Origin: Coriobacteriia bacterium | GTDB taxonomy: Bacteria; Actinomycetota; Coriobacteriia; Anaerosomatales; Anaerosomataceae | Direction: 5' to 3' | Assembly (NCBI GenBank): GCA_049657775.1 | Contig: JBASNZ010000085.1 | Location: 1 to 61,408, forward strand | Length of the DNA: 61,408 bases | Shown: one piece after another, positions 9,913 through 18,047 of the stretch | How positions within the stretch are numbered: the stretch's first letter is position 1 | How the letters are laid out: the number at the start of each line of letters is the position of its first letter | Notes under the pieces: generated by a model | Databases searched by the model: none | What the model was told of the DNA's origin: nothing | Seen by the model: only the letters and a program-made list of their open reading frames with translations | Translations under genes and position numbers: made by a program

Positions 9913-10293
9913 TTGGACTCACACATGACTCACTCCGAAGAGCCGTTCTCCTTTGGCGAAGACTTCTCGACCGAGCACGCGCTTCGCATGCTCGAGCTGT
10001 ACTCTCGAACGCTCAAAGCGATGGGCTTCGCGCCCGAGCCGTACCCCGATCTTGACGAACGCATGGGCGGACGCAAGTTCGAGACACCTCGCTTCGACAC
10101 ACTCAATCACGCGATGTGGCTCTGTGATGAGACGGTCGATTTTGTGAGACAGGGCAGGTTTGCCAAGGCGTACCGGTGGATCGGGATGATCCAGGGCATC
10201 CTGTTCATGAACGGCGTGTTCTCGCTCCGCGAACTCAAGGAGCACAACCGATTCAACCTTCCGCCCCGTCCCAAGATGCCCGGCCGCGAATAG
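9913..10293 (+). CDS. hypothetical protein (126 aa)
   Basis: Clean ORF in the intergenic-sized gap; locally lower GC than neighbours; no recognisable motif. Confidence 0.4.
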   Translation: MDSHMTHSEEPFSFGEDFSTEHALRMLELYSRTLKAMGFAPEPYPDLDERMGGRKFETPRFDTLNHAMWLCDETVDFVRQGRFAKAYRWIGMIQGILFMNGVFSLRELKEHNRFNLPPRPKMPGRE

Positions 10294-10297
10294 GCCC

Positions 10298-10549
10298 GTG
10301 GTACCCTGTTTGCAGTACCGGGGCGGAGGTGACGTCGTGGATGCATTCTCGCCCGTGAAAGGGAAGTGCCAGTTCTGGCGCGAGTACCTGGACGAGGACG
10401 ACAGATACAACCTGTCGATCAAGGTCGAGAACCGACGCGTGAGATGTTCGTGCTGGGTCGACGGAGACCAGTGGGTCGTGACGAACTCGACGATACCAAC
10501 GGATTGCCCGCGCAAGTTCCAGTGTCGCTACTACATCAAGACCGGCTGA
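10298..10549 (+). CDS. small Cys-containing hypothetical protein (possible true start at internal GTG near 10337 behind GGAGGTGA)
   Basis: ORF with 5 Cys (KGKC, RCSC, DCP, FQC); followed about 25 nt downstream by a strong hairpin. Confidence 0.35.
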   Translation: MVPCLQYRGGGDVVDAFSPVKGKCQFWREYLDEDDRYNLSIKVENRRVRCSCWVDGDQWVVTNSTIPTDCPRKFQCRYYIKTG

Positions 10550-10574
10550 CACGGCACACGCATCCCAGAATCGA

Positions 10575-10603
10575 CAACGGCCCCCGAGATCCTCGGGGGC
10601 CGT
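10575..10603. terminator. strong hairpin, candidate bidirectional terminator
   Basis: AACGGCCCCCGAG-ATC-CTCGGGGGCCGTT, perfect 13-bp stem, sitting between the + strand small genes and the - strand zinc-ribbon gene. Confidence 0.5.
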
Positions 10604-10673
10604 TGCTGGAAGCCAAGCCTGCGTGCGTTGCGAGATTCTTTCGTGCGCCGCTCGGCGAATCCACTCCGGTGCG

Positions 10674-10817
10674 CTAGGCGCAGGGTCGTCCCAACTTCAC
10701 CTGATAGCCAGCGCCATTACAGGCGGGACAGGGCCGGTGCTGCTCCGAACCGCTCGACAGCCTCACGGCTACGACCTTGTTGCCCTTGCATGATGGGCAC
10801 GTCACCTTGGAAATCAC
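10674..10817 (-). CDS. small zinc-ribbon protein (~47 aa, CxxC...CxxC), not in the ORF track because it is under 60 aa
   Basis: Hand translation VISKVTCPSCKGNKVVAVRLSSGSEQHRPCPACNGAGYQVKLGRPCA*; GTG start 4-7 nt after a perfect AGGAGG; lies about 115 nt downstream of sufB on the same strand. Confidence 0.45.
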   Translation of the reverse strand: MISKVTCPSCKGNKVVAVRLSSGSEQHRPCPACNGAGYQVKLGRPCA

Positions 10818-10935
10818 CACGCGCCTCCTGGTTCATGGAGATTCGTTAGCAAGGCTTATTCCAACTTAATGCAGACGTCAAACTCGTGCAAGGGCGAGCG
10901 AAGACAAAGTCGTTGAACAACGCAAGCCCGCTCCG

Positions 10936-12204
10936 TTACATGGCTTCCTTGCTGGTCTCCTCGATCGCCTTGTCGATCTGCTTGCGCAGGACGTCCGGCA
11001 GTCCGGGGATGTCGATGTTGACGAAGCCGCGTGTGATCATCGAGACCGCCTCGTCCTTGGGCAGTCCGCGGGTCATCATGTAGTAGATCTCGTCCGCGGC
11101 GATCGGCGAGATGGCGGCCTCGTGGGAGAGCTCCGCACCCGGGGCGCCTTCACTCGCCAGGTCGGGGATAGCCCACTGCACCGACTCGGGTGACCGGACG
11201 ATACCGCGGCAGTCCAGGTGCGCCTTACAGTCGTTGGTGCGTCCGATGAGACGCCCGCGCGAGTACACCGTGGACTGATCGAGCGACACGGTGCGGGCGA
11301 CTGCCTCGCTCCGTGAGCCCTCGCCGATGAGCTGCGTTTCGCTGCCCAGGTCGATGATCGAGTCCTTAAGGCCGTAGACGATCGTGTTGAAGACGGCTGT
11401 GGAGTTCTTGCCCTCGAGCTTGGCCAGCGGGAACGACTGGATGGACTTCACGGGGGTGAGCAGCACGTAGTTGTTGATGTACACGCCATCGTCGTCCACG
11501 ATCACGCCGGTACGCGGCCGAACGCTGAAGTCCTCGGCCCAGTTGTGGACCATGGTGAAGGTGAGCTTTGCGTTCTTCCCGATGTAGAACTCGGAGATAC
11601 CCGCGTGCAGGCCTTCCTTCACGTCTATGTGGACGTTGCAGCCCGTGATGACGTTCGCCTCGGCGCCGTCCTCGACGATGATGATGTTGTGGACGTTCTG
11701 GCTGACGTTGCTCTCGCTGACGAACAGGCACGCCTGGATGGGCTTCTCCACCTTATGACCGGCCTTGACGCGGATGAAGTAGCCCTCGGTCTGGTGAAGC
11801 GCGACAAGCGCGGTGTACTTGTCCTTGTCGGGCATGACTGCCCGCCACCAGTACTTCTCGATCATCTCCTCGGGCCACAGCCGCAGCGCGTCCTCGGTGC
11901 TCATGATCTCGATGGCGTTGTCGAACGCGTTCTGAACGCGTTCGTAGATCGGCGTGCGATCCATCTGGAAGTAGCTGCCGCTGCGCTCGCTCTCGTCGGC
12001 CACGAAACCGGAGTGGATGACGGTCTCCTTGACCTGCTTCTGCAGCGACTCGAGCGAGTCGATCTTGTCCTGCTCCGAGACGGTCCTGAAGCGGGTGATG
12101 TCCACGTCGGGGCCGAGCGCGGCCGGCTTGTCAATGGCCGCTTCGGCGGCAACGCGGATCTCGTCAAGGCGCTGCTGCGCCGCGGGGCTTAGAGGCTTTG
12201 GCAT
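10936..12204 (-). CDS. sufB: Fe-S cluster assembly protein SufB (SufB/SufD family)
   Basis: SufB/SufD-family sequence downstream of sufC in a minimal sufCB arrangement; start taken at MPKPLSPAAQQ, giving a 16-nt overlap with the sufC stop; the track ORF extends further upstream. Confidence 0.8.
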   Translation of the reverse strand: MPKPLSPAAQQRLDEIRVAAEAAIDKPAALGPDVDITRFRTVSEQDKIDSLESLQKQVKETVIHSGFVADESERSGSYFQMDRTPIYERVQNAFDNAIEIMSTEDALRLWPEEMIEKYWWRAVMPDKDKYTALVALHQTEGYFIRVKAGHKVEKPIQACLFVSESNVSQNVHNIIIVEDGAEANVITGCNVHIDVKEGLHAGISEFYIGKNAKLTFTMVHNWAEDFSVRPRTGVIVDDDGVYINNYVLLTPVKSIQSFPLAKLEGKNSTAVFNTIVYGLKDSIIDLGSETQLIGEGSRSEAVARTVSLDQSTVYSRGRLIGRTNDCKAHLDCRGIVRSPESVQWAIPDLASEGAPGAELSHEAAISPIAADEIYYMMTRGLPKDEAVSMITRGFVNIDIPGLPDVLRKQIDKAIEETSKEAM

Positions 12205-12953
12205 AGCGCACACTCCACACAGGCATCGTAACCGTGGTTGGATATCTCTTCGATCAAGTCGAGCGGGTTGCCCTTGCACGCGAGCCGCCCGTTGTAGAGT
12301 ACATGCGCCTGGTCGGCGTTGACGTACTGCAGGATGTGCCCGGTGTGCGTGATTATGAGGCCTGCGCGCTTGCGCTCCGAGATACGTTCCTCGCCTTTGA
12401 GAAGCGCATTCATCGCGGCGCCGACGACGGCGATGTTGTCGAGGTCCACGCCGGATTCGGGCTCGTCAAACAGCGCGAGGTCGGGCGCCTGGATGAGCAG
12501 CTGCGCCATTTCCGAGCGCTTCGCCTCTCCGCCCGAGAAGCCCATGTTCACATCGCGGTCGAGCATGTGCTCGAGACTGAGGTCTTCGTTGAGGGTGGCC
12601 ACCCGGTCGGCCGGAAGCGCGCCGTGCGCCGCGACATCGAGCATCTGGCGGAGCTTGACGCCGCGCACCGCCGGCGGGCGTTGGAACGCGATGCCGATGC
12701 CCATTCGGGCCCGCTCGTCGATCTCCAGATCAGCGAGGTCGACGCCCTTGAAGACGATGCGTCCCTGCGTGACCGCGTAGTTGGGCAGTCCGATGATCGT
12801 GTTCAGCAGCGTGGACTTGCCGCCGCCATTGGGGCCGAGCAGCACGTGCGTTTCACCCTCGGCGATAGAGAGATCGACTCCGCGCAAGATCTCGCGCTCA
12901 CCAACAGTCACGTGCAAGTCCTCGATGAGCAACAAGGGTTCTGGGGATGCCAT
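12189..12953 (-). CDS. sufC: Fe-S cluster assembly ATPase SufC
   Basis: Walker A GPNGGGKST, ABC signature FSGGEAKR, Walker B LALFDEPESG; 254 aa. Confidence 0.9.
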   Translation of the reverse strand: MASPEPLLLIEDLHVTVGEREILRGVDLSIAEGETHVLLGPNGGGKSTLLNTIIGLPNYAVTQGRIVFKGVDLADLEIDERARMGIGIAFQRPPAVRGVKLRQMLDVAAHGALPADRVATLNEDLSLEHMLDRDVNMGFSGGEAKRSEMAQLLIQAPDLALFDEPESGVDLDNIAVVGAAMNALLKGEERISERKRAGLIITHTGHILQYVNADQAHVLYNGRLACKGNPLDLIEEISNHGYDACVECALCQSL

Positions 12954-13022
12954 GCGTCACCTCGATCTAGAAGAGAGTACGTTCCGTACTTGTGTACCCA
13001 AGCCGACGGTAGCGTCGAGCAG

Positions 13023-13041
13023 GATATATTCTTACTATATC
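13023..13041. promoter_or_regulatory. perfect inverted repeat GATATA-N7-TATATC in the sufCB upstream region (candidate repressor operator overlapping an AT-rich -10-like box)
   Basis: gatatattcttactatatc about 70 nt upstream of the sufC start, in an otherwise GC-rich region. Confidence 0.35.
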
Positions 13042-13087
13042 AGTCAGGTCTTGTCCAGTGAAGGCCCGAGAGTCCCCCGGCCGCGAG

Positions 13088-13393
13088 TCATTCCGCGTGC
13101 ACGAGACCCGCCAGCACGAGCCGCGTGCTGTCGCCGATCACGTCGGATTCGCCGATGAGCCACAGGTCCGAGACAGCGCTTGTGCTGCATCGCGGTGTTA
13201 TGCCGCCGAAGAAGGCGTGCGCGTAGCCCGCGGCGGGCTGGAGCGCCATCTCGGAGAGCACCGCTTCCTGAGCGGCGTCTCGCGCAAAGTAGGGGAGCGT
13301 GTTCGCGTACGCCGGAACGCTCACAGCGATCGAAAGGATCGCGGCAAGCACGGCGGAGATCACCGCACGCGCTCTATGTCTGCGAGGAGCCAT
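13088..13393 (-). CDS. hypothetical small secreted protein (~101 aa)
   Basis: Internal Met followed by signal-peptide-like AVISAVLAAILSIAVSVPAYA; weak ribosome-binding site; the longer track ORF overlaps the divergent mutY-like gene. Confidence 0.3.
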   Translation of the reverse strand: MAPRRHRARAVISAVLAAILSIAVSVPAYANTLPYFARDAAQEAVLSEMALQPAAGYAHAFFGGITPRCSTSAVSDLWLIGESDVIGDSTRLVLAGLVHAE

Positions 13394-13440
13394 ACTCGGA
13401 TAGTATCGGAAGTCGACCGGCCAGCCGTGAAAGGGTTCCG

Positions 13441-14244
13441 ATGGACGCAGCGGAGTTTCGCGAGACGGTGCTTGCCTTCTACGCCGAGTGCGGCCGCAGT
13501 CTGCCATGGCGCCACACCCGCGATCCGTACGCCATCCTCGTCTCCGAAGTGATGCTCCAGCAGACGCAGGTACCGCGAGTGATCCCCAAGTACGAAGCGT
13601 TCCTGCACGCCTTTCCCAACGTGCGGACGCTTGCCGATGCGCCGCTCGCCGACGTGCTTGCCGCATGGTCGGGGCTTGGGTACAACCGCCGCGCCAAGTC
13701 CCTGAAAGACGCCGCCGGGCGCGTGGTGATCGAGTACGGCGGTCAGGTCCCGGGTACGCTCGAGGCCCTTGTGACGCTGCCGGGTATCGGTCACGCGACG
13801 GCGGCGCAGATCCTGGCGTTCGCCTTTGATGTGGCGGTGCCGTTCATCGAGACGAATATCCGCGCGGTCTACCTTCATCACTTCTTTGAGGATGCGGAGG
13901 ACGTTCCCGACTCGGCCATACTGCCGCTTGTCGAGGCCACCCTGGATCGCCGTAACCCGCGCAGCTGGTACTACGCACTTATGGACTACGGCACACATCT
14001 GAAGGCGACGATGCCCAACCCCGGCCGCCGGAGCGCGCACCACACGCGTCAGTCCACATTTGAGGGTTCGATGCGACAGCTTCGTGGGGCCATACTGCGC
14101 GAGCTGACGGCGCGTCCCGGACAGACAGCCCACGCGCTCGCACCCGCGCTCCACGATGATCCGGAGCGAGTTGCCCTCGCGCTTGAGACGCTTCGCTCCG
14201 AGGGGTTCTTGGCCGACGCGGACGGCTGCTGGCACATAGCCTGA
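13441..14244 (+). CDS. HhH-GPD DNA glycosylase, MutY-like (A/G-specific adenine glycosylase family) lacking Fe-S cluster cysteines
   Basis: MutY N-terminal signature FRETVLAFYAECGRSLPWRHTRDPYAILVSEVMLQQTQV, HhH-GPD motif LPGIGHATAAQILAFAF; no Cys-x6-Cys-x2-Cys-x5-Cys loop; 268 aa. Confidence 0.7.
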   Translation: MDAAEFRETVLAFYAECGRSLPWRHTRDPYAILVSEVMLQQTQVPRVIPKYEAFLHAFPNVRTLADAPLADVLAAWSGLGYNRRAKSLKDAAGRVVIEYGGQVPGTLEALVTLPGIGHATAAQILAFAFDVAVPFIETNIRAVYLHHFFEDAEDVPDSAILPLVEATLDRRNPRSWYYALMDYGTHLKATMPNPGRRSAHHTRQSTFEGSMRQLRGAILRELTARPGQTAHALAPALHDDPERVALALETLRSEGFLADADGCWHIA

Positions 14245-14382
14245 CGTGCCGTTTGTCACGAATTGCTAATACTTTGCAGCGGTTGGCCGATACACATAAC
14301 AACTCGAGATGGCGTTCCTACGGGGGCGCTAGCGCCGAGAGGTCGTTGCCGCGGGCGCTGGAAACAATCTGTCGGCAACGGG

Positions 14383-14413
14383 GAACCCGCTGGATGCCCC
14401 TCCGGCGGGTTCC
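14383..14413. terminator. hairpin between convergent mutY-like and larC genes
   Basis: GGAACCCGC...GCGGGTTCC 9-bp stem followed by a T-rich stretch. Confidence 0.4.
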
Positions 14414-14423
14414 GTTTCTTCCG

Positions 14424-15596
14424 TCACCCTATGGTACGTGCCCGGGCCTGGTCCTCCAGTACCTGCGCAACCTCGGCTATCGGCAACCCACGTTCACGCG
14501 CGACGCGGGACGCATCGTCGTATTCAGCGCGCACGTGCTCGCCGCGCTCGTCGCTCCAGAGTTTGAAGCGCACGTCGCCGAAGGACGTCGGCAGCACCCT
14601 CGTCTCCCGGGGTGCGATGTAGCGGACGGTGGGATCCACGCGCACCCCGAGCGTTCCGGTTTCGACGATCGTGAGCGCCGCAAGCGCGGGCGCACTCTCG
14701 GGTGTCGCCAGCACGCTCAGCGTCAGCGCTGCGCGGCCCTTCTTCATAACGATCGGCGTCTGCCACACATCGAGCGCGCCTGCCTCCAGAAGCCTGAGAG
14801 CGGCATGGGCGGCGTGTTCCGGCGACATATGGTCGATGTTGCTCTGCAGCACCACGACCTCCTCGGCATCGGCCGGACGATCGGTCGCGTTCGCCTCGCC
14901 GATGAGGATTCGCGCGATGTTGGGCTGACCGATGTCCCGGGTCCCCACGCCAGTGCCGACGTGTCGCACGACCATGCCGGGCAGGGGGCCGTACCCGGTC
15001 ACGAACTCACGAACGAGCGCCGCGCCGGTTGGTGTGGTCAGCTCGCTCTGGATCGTGCCACCAACCGCATGCACGCCCTCAAGCAACAGTGCCGTTGCGG
15101 GTGCCGGTACCGGGAGGATGCCGTGCGATGTGGAGACGGTGCCAAAGCCGACCACGACGGGTGATGAAACCAGGGACTCGATTCCAAGCGCGTGAAGCCC
15201 GAGCGCCGTGCCGACGACGTCGACAATGGTGTCGGCCGCACCGATCTCGTGGAAGTGGACTTCCCCGAGAGGCACGCCGTGCACCGTGGCCTCCGCCCGG
15301 GCCAGCGCTTCGAGCGCGGACGTCGCGCGCCTCTGGACGGCTCCCGGAAGCGATGCGCCGGCCAGCAGCGAACGGATTCCCACCCAGGTGCGGGTCTCGG
15401 CACGCGGCACGTCGGCGACCTCGATGCCGACACCCACGATGCCGTGCGAACGGCGCTCGATCACCGTGACCGCTTCGGCGAGGCCGAGCGGTTGGAGTCC
15501 TTCACGCAGCGCCTCGACAGAAAACCCGGCATCAAGCAGCGCGCCCAAGAACTTGTCGCCCGAGATTCCGGTGGAGCAGTCCAGGTACGCGATCAT
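14424..15596 (-). CDS. larC: LarC-family nickel insertion protein (pyridinium-3,5-bisthiocarboxylic acid mononucleotide nickel chelatase)
   Basis: Canonical N-terminus MIAYLDCSTGISGDKFLGALLDAG; the ATG directly abuts the larB stop; the track ORF is a 58-codon upstream extension. Confidence 0.8.
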   Translation of the reverse strand: MIAYLDCSTGISGDKFLGALLDAGFSVEALREGLQPLGLAEAVTVIERRSHGIVGVGIEVADVPRAETRTWVGIRSLLAGASLPGAVQRRATSALEALARAEATVHGVPLGEVHFHEIGAADTIVDVVGTALGLHALGIESLVSSPVVVGFGTVSTSHGILPVPAPATALLLEGVHAVGGTIQSELTTPTGAALVREFVTGYGPLPGMVVRHVGTGVGTRDIGQPNIARILIGEANATDRPADAEEVVVLQSNIDHMSPEHAAHAALRLLEAGALDVWQTPIVMKKGRAALTLSVLATPESAPALAALTIVETGTLGVRVDPTVRYIAPRETRVLPTSFGDVRFKLWSDERGEHVRAEYDDASRVARERGLPIAEVAQVLEDQARARTIG

Positions 15597-16351
15597 CGCT
15601 CGGTAGCCGCGTGGTTGATCCGGCTCGCAAGCGCAGCCGCGCCAAAGCCGTTGTCGATGTTGACCACACCAACGCCGGAGGCGCACGAGTTGAGCATGGT
15701 GAGGAGCGCGGCGATGCCGCCAAAGCTCGCTCCGTAGCCGATAGACGTTGGGACTGCGATCACCGGACACGACACCAGGCCCGCCACAAGCGACGGCAGG
15801 GCGCCTTCCATTCCGGCGACCGCCACGATGACGGTGGCCTCGCGGAGCGTGTCTTCGTGCGCGAGGAGGCGGTGGATGCCCGCGACACCGACATCGTAGA
15901 GGCGGGTCACGCGGTTGCCCATCACTTCGGCCGTGATCGCGGCCTCCTCGGCAACCGGCGAATCGGCGGTGCCACCGCTGGCGACCACGATGTGGCCGAG
16001 CGCAGGACGCTCGTCGCGACGATCCACGACGATCAGCCGTGAGTCCTCAAAGTAGCGTGCGTCGAGCGCGACCTGACCGACGGCCTGGTAGTGTGCCGCA
16101 GAGGCCCGCGTGCCCAGGAACACGCCGCCACGATCCAGGATCTCGCGGGCGATGCTCCGGACCTGCGCTGGCGACTTCCCTTCGCAGAAGACGACCTCGG
16201 GAAATCCGCAGCGTATCTCACGGTGGTGGTCGATCTTGGCGTGGCCGAGGTCGGTGAACGGGAGTCGGGAAAGCTCCTCGGTCGCCTTGTCCACGGGTGT
16301 CTCACCGCGAGCGACCGAGTCGAGCAATGCGCGCAACGCTTCGAGTTCCAT
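15593..16351 (-). CDS. larB: LarB (pyridinium-3,5-biscarboxylic acid mononucleotide synthase, PurE-like)
   Basis: DHHREIRCGFPEVVFCEGK N-terminal domain plus PurE-like IVVASGGTADSPVAEE...VAVAGMEGALPS; start MELEALRALL preceded by GGAGG. Confidence 0.8.
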   Translation of the reverse strand: MELEALRALLDSVARGETPVDKATEELSRLPFTDLGHAKIDHHREIRCGFPEVVFCEGKSPAQVRSIAREILDRGGVFLGTRASAAHYQAVGQVALDARYFEDSRLIVVDRRDERPALGHIVVASGGTADSPVAEEAAITAEVMGNRVTRLYDVGVAGIHRLLAHEDTLREATVIVAVAGMEGALPSLVAGLVSCPVIAVPTSIGYGASFGGIAALLTMLNSCASGVGVVNIDNGFGAAALASRINHAATER

Positions 16352-16400
16352 GAAGCCTCCGGGTATCTGCATCCGTGCTGGTAGGGTTGGCCGGTTCTCG

Positions 16401-18047
16401 ATGCACACTAGAGGATATACTCTTCACGAGGCCTTTTTGCACACGAAAGCGGGACGGGTGTTCTCATACCAGACGCGCGAGCTTGACACCGAAGGCGTGG
16501 CGTACCTGATCGCTAGGATCGTCAGCGCGCTCTTTGTGATGGGCATGTACCTCTGGTGGATCCGCACCCTGCCGCAAGTAAACGTTAAGACGGTGTACCT
16601 TGCCGGCGCGGTTCTCTGGGCTCTCAGCAGCGCGGTGGCTGTTCCGCTGCGAACCATCGGTGCGCGTGCGACCGCCGAGCGCACACTTCTGTGGACGATG
16701 CCGGCCGACCTGATCGCGCTTGGCCTGCTTACCGCCTCGGTCGGCCAGTTCGAAGACCCGTTCTACGCGTTCTACATCGCCGCCGCAGCCGTGTACGCCA
16801 CCGTCTTCAGACCGCGCAGGGCGTGGATGTTCACGGGCCTGTTCGTCGCCTCGTATCTGGCCGCGCATCTGTCGGGCCTGCACGCCGCACTCGAACCGGA
16901 GGCCTGCGTCTTCCTCGTTGCCAAGTCGGGCATGGTCATACTGCTTGGCTGGGCCGTCGGCGCCGTCATGGAGCGGCAGTCGCTCCGTGCAAGATCGCTC
17001 GAAGGCGAGACACGCGAGGTGGAGGCCCTCAACGAGCAGCTCGAACGCAGCGTGGCCGAGATGCGCGCCATCTCGGAGATCACCGAGCTCGTTCACTCCA
17101 CCCTGGACTTCGACAGCGTAGGCCCCACGGTCCTGGACATCCTGCAAAAGGTACTCGGGCTTCCTGCGGCCAGCATGTTTGTGATCGACAAAGCCAAGCA
17201 GCAGACGCTGTTCAGCGCGAGCAAGGGTGTGCCGGGCGATGCGACGTCGTACGCATACGACCTGACCGCCGGCGAGGTGGGGCGCACTGAGAATAAGGAC
17301 CATTTCGCGTGTATGGAGCTTTTGGACCACAACCAGATGCTGGTCGTGTTCTGTGCCGCGGCGGATGCCATCGATTCGCTCGATCGCGACGATCGCATGG
17401 TGCTGCAAGCCGTTGCATCCGAGTTGGTGGTTGCCGTGGAGAACTCCCGCCTCTATAAGCTTACGAAGCGCCTGGCGATCACGGACGAACTCACCGACCT
17501 GCACAACTACCGGTACCTCCAGCAGCGTCTGGACGACGAAGTCGGTCGTGCCAAGCGCTACGGCAAGACGCTCTCGTTCCTCATGCTCGATGTTGATGAC
17601 TTCAAGGGCGTCAACGACACCCACGGCCACCTCGTGGGTGACGGTGTGCTCGAAGGCCTGGGCCGGATCTTGAAGGCGACGGTTCGCGAGGTCGACGTGG
17701 TCGCCCGCTATGGCGGAGAGGAGTTCTCGGTGGTGCTGCCCGAGACGGATGCCGCCGGCGCCTTCATCGTTGCCGAGAAGGTGCGCGAGGCAGTGAGTCT
17801 CCACAAGTTCCTGGATGAGGACGGCGAGCCCACGATCCACGTGACCGTGAGCGTGGGACTTGCCAACCTGCCGGTCCATGCCGACGACAAAGAGTCGCTG
17901 CTGAAGGCAGCGGACGATGCTGTGTATCACGCCAAGGACACCGGCAAGGACCGCGTGCGCGCGCCGAGGATCCGCATGACCCGCCTCGGCCGCCCGACGG
18001 CGCCGAAGGTAGCGTCCGCGTTGAACGAGAGTGAGGTCGGCACGTGA
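16401..18047 (+). CDS. membrane-anchored GAF-GGDEF diguanylate cyclase
   Basis: N-terminal TM helices, GAF-like middle, GGDEF domain with RYGGEEFSVVLPETD; track ORF start at 16110 overlaps larB, so a later start is preferred (16401 or about 16536). Confidence 0.7.
   Translation: MHTRGYTLHEAFLHTKAGRVFSYQTRELDTEGVAYLIARIVSALFVMGMYLWWIRTLPQVNVKTVYLAGAVLWALSSAVAVPLRTIGARATAERTLLWTMPADLIALGLLTASVGQFEDPFYAFYIAAAAVYATVFRPRRAWMFTGLFVASYLAAHLSGLHAALEPEACVFLVAKSGMVILLGWAVGAVMERQSLRARSLEGETREVEALNEQLERSVAEMRAISEITELVHSTLDFDSVGPTVLDILQKVLGLPAASMFVIDKAKQQTLFSASKGVPGDATSYAYDLTAGEVGRTENKDHFACMELLDHNQMLVVFCAAADAIDSLDRDDRMVLQAVASELVVAVENSRLYKLTKRLAITDELTDLHNYRYLQQRLDDEVGRAKRYGKTLSFLMLDVDDFKGVNDTHGHLVGDGVLEGLGRILKATVREVDVVARYGGEEFSVVLPETDAAGAFIVAEKVREAVSLHKFLDEDGEPTIHVTVSVGLANLPVHADDKESLLKAADDAVYHAKDTGKDRVRAPRIRMTRLGRPTAPKVASALNESEVGT

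Noticed and set aside
13180-13440. Upstream extension of the MutY-like ORF and the 192-aa minus ORF 13088-13666
   Set aside because: The MutY signature begins at MDAAEFRETVLAFY (13441). Extensions are Arg-rich and overlap each other; only the 13088-13393 portion is kept as a low-confidence small secreted protein.
16110-16400. Upstream extension of the GGDEF ORF (track start 16110)
   Set aside because: It would overlap about 240 nt of larB on the opposite strand, and the extension is Arg/Ser/Pro-rich low complexity; a later start (16401 or about 16536) is preferred.
16464-17930. 488-aa minus-strand ORF
   Set aside because: Antisense to the GAF-GGDEF gene, which has an intact GGEEF domain; no recognisable motifs.
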